A stretch of DNA of 22,557 nucleotides, from IMG/VR virus record IMGVR_UViG_3300042937_000239; one strand, 5' to 3'. Origin of the DNA: an uncultured virus (IMG/VR IMGVR_UViG_3300042937_000239). Taxonomy: Duplodnaviria > Heunggongvirae > Uroviricota > Caudoviricetes. Positions 1 to 10,000 of this stretch are shown here, piece after piece (within the stretch, counting starts at the first letter, position 1; every line of letters starts with the position of its first letter). A program made the translations under genes and the position numbers. The notes beneath the pieces are model-generated. The model was not told the DNA's origin. It worked only from the letters and a program-made list of their open reading frames with translations, and searched no databases.

Positions 1-2593
1 TATTGGTACTGAAGTAACTGGCATGATGAGTGAAGCAGATAAAGCTACTGCCAAATCTATGGCTATTCAGAAATTGTACTTAGAAGATAAGTTGGCAAAA
101 GACAGTATTGCTGGAAAGTCAACCCAGGCAACAAGCAAACAGTTAGCTGATTTGGCGGATGCAGAGGGTTACCTTAAAGATAAAACTTTAGAAGCTGCTA
201 ATGCTGCTAGAGAGGCAGGTAAGACATTTGCAGAGTCATTAACCTCTACGTTTAAGGACGCATTTAAAGGTCTTTTAAACAGAGAAAGTGATAAGGGTAA
301 ATCTATATTTAAAACTTTTGCTGACAAACTTATTACAGGGATTAAAGATCAAACTGTAGATATCTTTACAAATGCTGTAACAGATAGTATTGGCCTTGGC
401 AAAGGCGGAGTGCTTAGTAAAATGTTAAGTAAAACAGGTACAGGACTTTCTTCTGGTTTCCGCGCATTGGGTGGCGGTGTTCAAAGCCTGCTATCTGGCA
501 AAGGAAGTTGGGAAGGATTTACATCTGGCGTTAGTAATTGGTTTAGCAATTTGACTTCTGATCTTGATAACGCTACGCCTGAAGAGATTCAAATGGCGGC
601 AGCTACAAAATTCTCTGACGCGGTGGACAGATTTGCAGGCGGGAGTGCCATTTCTGGTGCCGCTAATGCGGCTACAGGAAGCGGAATTGGCAGTGCCTTG
701 ATGAGTGCCTTGCCGTGGGTTGGCGGTGCCGCAGGCGTTGCGGGGTTGGGCTATATGGCAACTAAAGGCGGTGACTGGAGTAGTGGTTTAAAAGATCTTG
801 GTGCTAATTTTACAACTAAAGCTGGTAGTGCATTAACACCTTCCGGCAATCCTATGGAGACATTAGATCCACGTACAGGGTTGTTTGGTAAAATGGATTC
901 TTTTGATGCTGATGTTACAGGCTTATTTAATAATAAGAGTAGCAGTAACAAGAACGGCTGGTCAGCTGGTCTATCAGATTCTTTAGCTAAGAGTACCCCT
1001 GACACTACAGGCCTGTGGGATATAATTATGAAACCTATTAAATGGTTCTTTAGTTTAATAGGCGATGGTTTTACAGGAATTATGTCATTCTTTACGGGTG
1101 CTGGGCAGGGCGTTGGGACTAGTTCAGGTAAGCCTGAAAGTGCTACAAGCCCCTTAGATAGTCTTAAGCTTAAGTTTGCTAATGGCGGACCAGTCTCAGG
1201 CGGTGGTACAACTACTTCTGATTCTATACCTGCAATGCTATCTGATGGTGAGTTTGTAGTTAATGCAAAGGCTACCAAAGAAAACAGAGAAATGTTGGAG
1301 CGTATTAATCGTGGTGAAGTAATCAAACGTTCACTAGGCGGTATTGTCTCAATGGGTACAAGCCTTGCAGGAAGAGCTATTGGCGGTAAAACAGGAACAG
1401 CCCTAAGTTCATTAGGTTCTATTGCTAGTGGTGTTGCAGGCATGCTATCTAGTCAGCAAGCTGAACAAGCCGCTGAGTCTTTGTTAGCCGCATCTCAACA
1501 CTTAGAAACAGCCGCAACAGCCTTAGAAAACTTTGCAGCCACTGGCAGTATGGGTGGCGGTGCTGGTGGTTTTGGCGGTCTTAATGGCAGTACAATCGGC
1601 TTAAACGGCATTCCAGAGGGTATGACAAATTTCTCTAGACAGACAGGTATGGAGGGTGCAACCACTCAGGGTATTGCCGATACAAGCGGTTATGGCGCTA
1701 CGCCTGGATTAACACCAATATCTAGTGTAGGTATGGGTGATCTATCGGCTTCAGGTGGTATGGTTGGTGGTGGCGGTGGAATGTTTGATGGTATTTTTGA
1801 CTTCTTTTCAAAATTAGATTTTGGTAAGATGTTTGGAAGTCTTGGCAGTCTGTTTGGTCTTGGGGCTGCTACTGGTGGACATATTGTTGGCCCAGGTTCT
1901 GGTACTTCTGACTCTATTCCAGCTAACTTGTCTAACGGTGAGTTTGTCGTAAACGCAGCAGCTACTAAGGGTAATCTAGGGTTATTACACTCTATCAACG
2001 CTGGTAAAAAGGTTCAACATCGTGCCCTAGGCGGTTTGCTAACAATGATTCCAGGACTAGTTGGTGGTATTGGTGGTATGATTAAAGGCGGTGGCGGAGG
2101 TGGTGCAGGTGGTATTATGGGCATGATTTCGCAGTTACTTGGCCCCTTAATGAAGCTGTTTGGTGGCGGTGCAGGTGGTGGCGGTATTATGAGTTTATTT
2201 GGCGGTACTAAAGCAGCTACTGGTGGAAAGATTGTTGGACCAGGCTCTGGTACTTCGGACTCTATTCCTGCAATGATATCTAATGGCGAATTTGTTGTTA
2301 ATGCCGCAGCTACTAAGGCAAACCTTGGTCTTCTCCATAGCTTAAATAGTGGCCGTCAACACTTTGCAGAAGGTGGTTTAGCTGGCGTTTCAAGTGGCAT
2401 TATGACAACACCGACTTCAAAAGGCTTTAAACCAATATCGGTAGATAAGTCAACAAAGAGTACTCAACAGGTAGTTAACCTTAATATAACAGGTGATATC
2501 TCTCGTCAAACTAAGTCAGAAATCTTTAAGATGATGCCTACAATTGCGAGCGGTGTTAATTTACAAAATAAAGAAGCAGGAATTAAACGATAA
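1..2593 (+). CDS. Tail tape measure protein, C-terminal part (5'-truncated)
   Basis: The frame is open from position 2 (att ggt act gaa gta act ggc atg), so the true start lies upstream of the window. The sequence is Ala/Gly/Ser-rich and amphipathic, with three copies of the lambda gpH-type C-terminal motif (F/A)AxGGxVxGxGxxTSDSIPAxLSxGEFVVNA, then HFAEGG and a terminal VVNLNITGD strand. It lies directly upstream of tail tip genes. Confidence 0.92.
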   Translation, partial: IGTEVTGMMSEADKATAKSMAIQKLYLEDKLAKDSIAGKSTQATSKQLADLADAEGYLKDKTLEAANAAREAGKTFAESLTSTFKDAFKGLLNRESDKGKSIFKTFADKLITGIKDQTVDIFTNAVTDSIGLGKGGVLSKMLSKTGTGLSSGFRALGGGVQSLLSGKGSWEGFTSGVSNWFSNLTSDLDNATPEEIQMAAATKFSDAVDRFAGGSAISGAANAATGSGIGSALMSALPWVGGAAGVAGLGYMATKGGDWSSGLKDLGANFTTKAGSALTPSGNPMETLDPRTGLFGKMDSFDADVTGLFNNKSSSNKNGWSAGLSDSLAKSTPDTTGLWDIIMKPIKWFFSLIGDGFTGIMSFFTGAGQGVGTSSGKPESATSPLDSLKLKFANGGPVSGGGTTTSDSIPAMLSDGEFVVNAKATKENREMLERINRGEVIKRSLGGIVSMGTSLAGRAIGGKTGTALSSLGSIASGVAGMLSSQQAEQAAESLLAASQHLETAATALENFAATGSMGGGAGGFGGLNGSTIGLNGIPEGMTNFSRQTGMEGATTQGIADTSGYGATPGLTPISSVGMGDLSASGGMVGGGGGMFDGIFDFFSKLDFGKMFGSLGSLFGLGAATGGHIVGPGSGTSDSIPANLSNGEFVVNAAATKGNLGLLHSINAGKKVQHRALGGLLTMIPGLVGGIGGMIKGGGGGGAGGIMGMISQLLGPLMKLFGGGAGGGGIMSLFGGTKAATGGKIVGPGSGTSDSIPAMISNGEFVVNAAATKANLGLLHSLNSGRQHFAEGGLAGVSSGIMTTPTSKGFKPISVDKSTKSTQQVVNLNITGDISRQTKSEIFKMMPTIASGVNLQNKEAGIKR

Positions 2594-3225
2594 TGATACA
2601 CGGTATCCTAGATGATTCAGGCAATATAATTGCATCCTTTGTAGTCCCATTGACTGTAAAGAGCAATCAGCCAGTATTTGTCTCGGATACCCTTTCGTTA
2701 AAGCGTGCGATCCAACGTAGATCTTCTCAGAGATGGGAGATAGAGACTCGTCTATCTCCTCTCAAGGAATCAGCTAACGATTTGATGGTAAACTTTATAA
2801 CAAAGGGTTTCGACACAGTACATCAAATTATAGTCCCTCAAAATTATGCTGTTTTTACAAAAACAACTGCTAAGGGACTTGTTCAAACAGATACAGTTAA
2901 TAGAGTAGCCGGCTTAACTCAGCTTGCTATTGCTATGACAGCTATAAATGCAGGTAAGCTAATACCTAGCGGGACATTCATTAAGTTTGCAAATCATTCT
3001 AAGATCTATATGGTTATCGAGAATTGCACTATGTCAGAAACACAGGTGACAACACTTAAAATATTCCCACAGCTAAGACAAGCAGTTCCAGCAGGTACAT
3101 TAATCACATATAGTGATGATGTTAGAATGTCTGTACGATATGATACAGAAGTAGTAACCGGGATGGTATATGAAGACGGTTTACTAATGGATAATGGCGT
3201 TATTAAATTAATAGAGGCGTTATGA
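2593..3225 (+). CDS. Distal tail protein (Dit, T5 pb9-like)
   Basis: 210 aa, TAATG overlap with the tape measure gene. Position and size fit Dit. It has a QRWEIETRL strand and a GTFIKFANHSKIYMV...LKIFPQLRQAV beta domain of the kind seen in siphophage distal tail proteins. Confidence 0.7.
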   Translation: MIHGILDDSGNIIASFVVPLTVKSNQPVFVSDTLSLKRAIQRRSSQRWEIETRLSPLKESANDLMVNFITKGFDTVHQIIVPQNYAVFTKTTAKGLVQTDTVNRVAGLTQLAIAMTAINAGKLIPSGTFIKFANHSKIYMVIENCTMSETQVTTLKIFPQLRQAVPAGTLITYSDDVRMSVRYDTEVVTGMVYEDGLLMDNGVIKLIEAL

Positions 3226-4058
3226 TAACTTTTACCCCAAATGTAAAGTGGGCACTACAACAAGATACTATTGAAGCTTTTTATATGCTTCGTATTCTAC
3301 AAGAAACAGATTGCACGATAGCTGCTGCTGCAGTAGGTGCCACTACAATAAGTTTACTCCCTGCAGTTCCAACACAAAATAAAGTAATAAGAGCTGGCGC
3401 AATTGTTAAATTTGCAGGCGATACAAGTAGTTATTCAGTTGTTACAGGCGGAGATCTTTCTGATACTGTTGCAACTACTGTAACTATCACACCAGCCTTA
3501 ACAAGTGCAAAGCTTGTAAATACAAAAGTTACATTTGAATACAATGTAATACATAGTACAAGTTTGTTTATGGATATAGATCTACTAGATTCTGCAGATC
3601 TTCCTGTGCCAGGGCATAGCTACATTTCAGATGATACAATTGCAAGTGTGGATGCACCACAAGCTACTACTAACGTAGATAGAGAACAATTTAGAATTTT
3701 ACTAAATGATCCACGGCTAGAATCAATGGAAACTGTGTTTAATAATTTAATTGGTTATCCTATTGAAGTTAGACTAGGCTTTTTAAATGTTGACACTTGT
3801 CTGCCTTTTTTCAAATTTTCTGATACTCTTTTAGTGTATAAAGGACGTGTAGATAGTACGGCATACTCGATTAAGACACAAGAAATGGGCGAAGCTGTAT
3901 TACAAGTAACTGGTTCAAGTCCAATGAGAAGCTTAGACGCAAAGAATTCATTATTTCTAAGCAGAGATTATGTACGTCAGTTAACTCCAAAAGATTCCTC
4001 TTGTGACCAAATCTTTGAAGGATCAGAAGCTCTTGTATTAAAGTGGGGTAGAATCTAA
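3222..4058 (+). CDS. Tail tip/baseplate hub protein (gpL/DUF2163-like)
   Basis: 278 aa, ATGA overlap with the upstream gene. Motifs IEVRLGFLN, YKGRVDS, and a C-terminal DSSCDQI...LKWGR are typical of the gene between Dit and gpJ. Confidence 0.65.
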   Translation: MITFTPNVKWALQQDTIEAFYMLRILQETDCTIAAAAVGATTISLLPAVPTQNKVIRAGAIVKFAGDTSSYSVVTGGDLSDTVATTVTITPALTSAKLVNTKVTFEYNVIHSTSLFMDIDLLDSADLPVPGHSYISDDTIASVDAPQATTNVDREQFRILLNDPRLESMETVFNNLIGYPIEVRLGFLNVDTCLPFFKFSDTLLVYKGRVDSTAYSIKTQEMGEAVLQVTGSSPMRSLDAKNSLFLSRDYVRQLTPKDSSCDQIFEGSEALVLKWGRI

Positions 4059-7000
4059 TGGTATTTTTAACACTAACACTTGGCATGTGGCTTATGGTAG
4101 CAATGGTTGCTATCTCAGTCGGAATGACAATTTATAGCTTAATGCAAACACCACCAGCCTTTGACACAAGTGCTTTAGAAGCTCGTAAAGGAGCTGAAGT
4201 TGTTATTGAAGGAAAGTCAGAAGATCTCCCACTAGTTTATGGAAGAGCTATGGTAGGTGGCGCACGTGTATTTCATGCAGTATCTAGTGACTTTAACTAC
4301 GTAGCACCTAATGCAGATAGAACGTTTGCAACAGGTGTTAATCATACGGTAAATTGGACTGCAGAAAAATATGTAGTTCAAAATCCACGTGGACCAAATG
4401 CAACGCTGTTAAAAGTAGCTAGTACAGGTACAACTGAAATTCTCACTCAATTAGCAAAAAGTATTAACGGTAGGAAGAATGAATTTTTATACTTTCAACA
4501 AGCAATTTGTCAAGGCCCGATTGGTGGTGTAATTGATGTTGTATTAGAATCATCGCGTTATTTAGATGACGCAACCTTAGCTACATTTGGTGCTCCAGAT
4601 AACCTTGCTACTGGTGAAAAGCATAAATGGAGTGACCCGAAAAAGGCTCGTACAGCTGTTAGGATTGATGTACATTACGACCTAGCGATGAATGTTGCAG
4701 ACAGTATTATTGCAGCTAATTTCCCTGAAAGATCAGATGCTACTTTTAATAATATGGTATATGCTTCTGCTACAGTACGTACAGATAGAGACGATCCACA
4801 GTTTAGCCAACCACCTAGCCTACAGTTCTATATAGAAGGCAAGAAAGTTCGTAAGGTTGTAAATGGAGTACTAAATACAAATTTTGAGTATAGTAATAAC
4901 CCAGCTTGGTGTTTGTTAGACTATCTATTAGACGGTCTCTCTGGTGCATCAATTCCTATTGAAGAGATTAATCTTCCAAGCTTTGAAGCTGCTTCTTTAG
5001 TTTGTGATTATATTGTTGAGCCAAGTGTAACAACAGCGGGAAAGATTTGGCAGAATACAGAAGGAGATCGCAATATTCATACTAGAGCTTTGCCTCTTTA
5101 TGAATGCAACATGGTCATTGACACTAAGAAGCCAATTAGAGATAATATCACCGGCATGCTAACTAGTATGGGTGATGCACGTTTAGTGTGGTCACAAGGG
5201 CAGTATAAATTAAGTCTTCAATACACACATACAAGTAATGATGATTTGTTTATTGTAGCTGAGCTTGGTGAAGATGACTTAGTGCTTGACCAAGAAGTTG
5301 AAATTAATTTACCTTCAGCTAGTGATCGCTTAAATTACTGTACAGTTAAGTTTCATAATGAATTGTCTAATTTTAAAGAAGATTCTGTAAGCTGGCCTCC
5401 TAAGTTTCCTGGTAAGGTTTATAAAGGTGTTGGCGGTAAGAAATACCCTATTGCAGATTATAGTTACACAGAAGACAATGATGATGGTACCTTTAATAAG
5501 GGCGCCAATTTATTAAACTCTGTAGGTGTCTGGGGATCTACTCTTAATACTACATACTTAAGCTATCATATCATTTTGACTTATGAAGATGTTATGGACC
5601 CCATTACTAATCTGCTCGGACCTGTTAAGTTAGAGTACACAGGTGATAATCAGATTAGAATTAAGGTTAGCGACAAAACCACTAGTAACCTTTATTTAGA
5701 TCAACAACACAAAGACTGGAAATCAGTAAAAACATCTACAATCACATTACCAATTCTGCCGGGTGAAACACAAGTTTTTCATATAGAAATATGGGGAACA
5801 AATACTAAGGGAGACAAAGCTGTAGCTGCTAGGATGACTAATGGCCCTAAAATATTGTGGACAACTCGTGAATCAGCTTACTCAGATGTATTAGAAATTG
5901 ATAACACTAGTACGACATACTCAGTCTTCTTAGAAGAAGATGGCGGTACTAAGTTAGAAATGGAAACTTCAGTTGAAGCAATGACAGACCCCTATCATGC
6001 AGCAGCTAAGGCAGAAGAATACGTAAGGATGAGTCGATCGTCTTTTGTAATTAAATTCAAATATGTTGTAAGAGAGAATTATCTAGAGCCTGGCGATTTC
6101 GTTAAACTCAACAGTCCTACACTTAATCTTGCAGGTGAAATATTTAGAATCAATTCTGTTAAGATTGTTGAGGGCAATAATTGTGAAGTAACCGCGCAAC
6201 GCTTTGATCATTTACAATTAGCTTGGTCGCAAAAAGATGACCAGTTTATGGTTCCGCCAAATATTTATAGTAATCTTTTTAATCCGCCAAGAAATCTTAA
6301 ATACATACCTACGGGTAGTTCCCGATTAATTACATCAGGTACTTTAACTTGGGACGCTCCAAGTGATTCTGTAGATTTGGCTTATTATATTGTATCTGTA
6401 CACGAAGCCGATGGACCCGTTCGAACTAACAATGCTCCAATTTTTAGAGAATTAGGGCGCGTAGCTGAAAATTATTATGTATTACCTAAGCTAGAAGCTT
6501 TTAGCGCAATATTTTCAGTAATGGCTGTTAGCACATCTGGGCGTCGTTCTACTACAATCTATACTGGTGATAAAGCACAAATAATAGATGTTTATGACTC
6601 GTATCTATTTGATGGGTTAACAGTGTCACGTAGTAATCTTATTGTAAATTGGACGGCCTGTAATGTATATGAGAGCGGTGTTCTATTAAAAGCTTTACCA
6701 GCGGGTACAGCCACATGGACAGAAGGCCTGCTGTTTATCTACTTTGATTTTGTTAATGATAAGATTATTAAAGCTACAACAGATTATGCTGAAGTTTATA
6801 ATGGCGTTATATTAGCTACCTTTGATGGTGTTGATCTTAATTTGAGTGTATCGGAATTAGATGCGCCTACAGTATTAACTATTGAAGGACGTACCGATAC
6901 AGTATTTGATTCTAAAGACGCTAAGATTGTTTGGCAAGCTAATTCTTCAAACCGTTTAGCAAGTACTTTCTTAAAACATTATCTTGTTCAAGTGCTTACT

Positions 7001-10000
7001 ACCGCAGATGTATTAAAGAAGGCTTATGTAATTACACCTGATAAAGATGATGCAGGTTCTTTGCTAATTACTGATACAATGAATTTAGAGTTGTTCGGAA
7101 CATTAACTCGTAGCTTTAAAGTTCGTGTATATACAGTTGATTCTGCAGGATTGCTATCGGCAACACCTAAAGTTTCTACTATTACGAATGCAGCACCTTT
7201 AGTAACAACTTTAGAACTAACACCAACTGTTAAGGCTGTGTTTGTAAAAGCTGCAATCATGTCTGAAGATGATATTGTTAAGTATGAATTTAAACAATAT
7301 GCAACTGAAACAGCAACAACTGCAGAAAATACAGTAACAACAGTTAGTAATAGTTGTACATTTCCTACAGCTGACGATTTAGATCGTTGGTACACAGTGA
7401 CTGGATACGACTACTACGGTATTGGTGTCGAGTCTGCGCGTATGAAAGAGAAGTCATTATCACAACCGCAATCAACTGGTTATGCGTTCTTACGGTATGC
7501 GAGTGATACACCGCCTGTTGCACCGACTGGTGGTACGTACCTACTGCCGACACCCACAGCAGGCACAGCAACTGACCCACTTGGCACGCTGGCGTGGGAG
7601 GATGGCATCCCTGATGGCACGGCACGCTTGTGGCAGACAACGCGAATATTCACGGCTGACGAGCAACCACCGCATCAAACGGCATGGCAAACACCACAGT
7701 TAGTGGCAAACACTGCTACAACAAAGTATCAATATAGCTCTGTCAATCCACCTACAACAAGTTATGCAGACTGGGCGGATGCGCCTGGATTAACAACGTT
7801 GTATATGAGAGTTGGTATATCTAAAGATGGTGCAGATGGTCCATGGGAATGGGGAGCAGCTTATAAGGTTAAGGGCGAAGCACCTCAAACTAGTTTCTTA
7901 TCTACTGTGTTTACTAGAAGTACAGGCAATACAATACCACCTTTGCCTACTGGCGGTACATTTCCAAGAGGTATTCCTAGTGCCCCCTGGTCTGATGGTA
8001 TTCCTGCTGGTACAGGTAAGATTTATACTTCTAATAGATTATTTACTAGTGACGGCCAATCGCCACAAGATTCTACTTGGAATACAGTAACTTTAATGGT
8101 TACTAACGACAAGACTAAGTTTCAGCTTAATAATAGCGATCCTGTTGATAGCAATGCGTGGTACGATTCTGATGATGCTAGTAAAGACCCTACGCTTGCA
8201 ATCTATATGCGTATTAATTATTCTGAAGATGGTGGTACAACTTGGTCATATGGTGCTCCTTCAAAAATAAAAGGTGAAAAAGGCGTTCCTGGTTATACAA
8301 GTTTTGTTAGTACTGTATTCACCAGAACAAAAGGGATTCCCTTACCTACACCTCCATTACCTTCTGGTGGTAGTTTTAATAGTGATGGTTTGCCAACCGA
8401 TGGAGTATGGACTGACGGAATACCTGCCTTACCTGGGGTACTCTGGAGTTCATATAGAACTTTTTCAAATGATCCTGCAGAAGCAGCTACCAACTGGTCT
8501 ACACCTGTTCGTATTCTAGATGATAGCAATACGGATTATCAATTCAGTCTTACAAATAGTTCTGACAATAGTACATGGCAAGACAATGAATTTGAAGGCG
8601 CTGTATACATGCGTATTGGTACATCCGTTGATGGTGTAAACTTTGTATATGGTACAGGGATCAAGATCAAGGGTGAGAAGGGTAATCCTGGTTTTATTTC
8701 ATTTAAGAGTACTGTATTTACTAGACGTGCTGCAAATAACCCTGTTAATACAAAGCCTACTGGTGGTTCTTTTGAACAACCGCGTCCTGTAGAAACAGAA
8801 TGGGAAGATGGTATACCAAGCGGTGAAGGTATTGTATGGCAATCATACACTACATTTACAAATGATGTTACTGCAGCTACGCCTATTTGGAGTGATCCTG
8901 AAGCTGTTATTAATGATGATAAGACTAAGTACTATTTTAATACTACTAATGCAACTACAGGTTGGTCTGAAACACCAGACATTAATACTGTGTGGATGCG
9001 TATTGATACCAGTATTGACGGGTTCTTAACAACTATTACTGGAACACCTTTCAAGATAAAAGGTGAAAAAGGTGATGACGGTTATGCAGTATTTAAGAGT
9101 ACTGTATTCACTAGACGTGCTGCAAATAATCCACCGTTAGAAGCACCAACAGGCCTTACTTCTGGCAGTCTTCCGGTGAATACCGAATGGAAAGATGGAA
9201 TTCCTCCGTTGCCAGGTATTCTTTGGGAATCACATGCATCTATTAGTACAGATCCTTTGATAACAACTACAACATGGTCATTTCCAAAGCAAATCTTAGA
9301 TGATAATAATACAAAGTATTACTTTAACAGTGCTAATGTAGCTACAGGGTGGTCACAAGCACCAAGTACCACTACTGAATGGATGCGTATTGACACAAGT
9401 AGTGATGGCTTTTTAACTACTGTTACTGGTACACCATTTAAGATTAAAGGTGAAAAGGGTGAAACAGGTTCCGGAATTGATATAAGGTTAACAAAAGAAT
9501 TAGTTTATATTCCTACAACATTGGCAGATGTTTCTGATTATTCTAATGCAACTACAGGTATTGTTGTTCAAAACAATAATGTAGATGTTGTGTACTCAGC
9601 AACTGCTGTTACGCTTGTTGGCGCATTACCTAATACCTATAGTGTAACTTTTGAAAAAGAAAATCTTACAGGTACACCTTCTTTAGAAGTAATTAACGGG
9701 GTTGTTACGAGTAAAGATTTTGGTACAATTACACAAGGTGTTGCAAGACTTATATTTGTTATTACAATAAAAGATCAGTATGGAAATATACTAGGCCCGT
9801 TTAAGAAAGCGCAATCACTTGTGAAGCAATTTCCTGATGGCGTTTTAGATCTTTTAAATACAAGTAAGGAACAACTTAGTGTAAATGGAACAGTCTTAAA
9901 TCCTGTAACAGATATTACAGTTACGTATTCTCCTGATAAAAATGGAGATGGCCGTACTGATGGTTTTATAAACTGGCAATACCCTCTTGATGCAGCCATA

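Noticed and set aside
7365..7703. Overlapping ORFs 7365-7640 (-) and 7482-7703 (+) as overprinted genes
   Set aside because: Explained by stop-codon depletion in GC island 2; the products look non-biological.
8701..9470. Repeat units 4 and 5 as a DGR template/variable repeat pair
   Set aside because: Both copies are in-frame coding, the differences are not adenine-specific, and no reverse transcriptase is present in the window.
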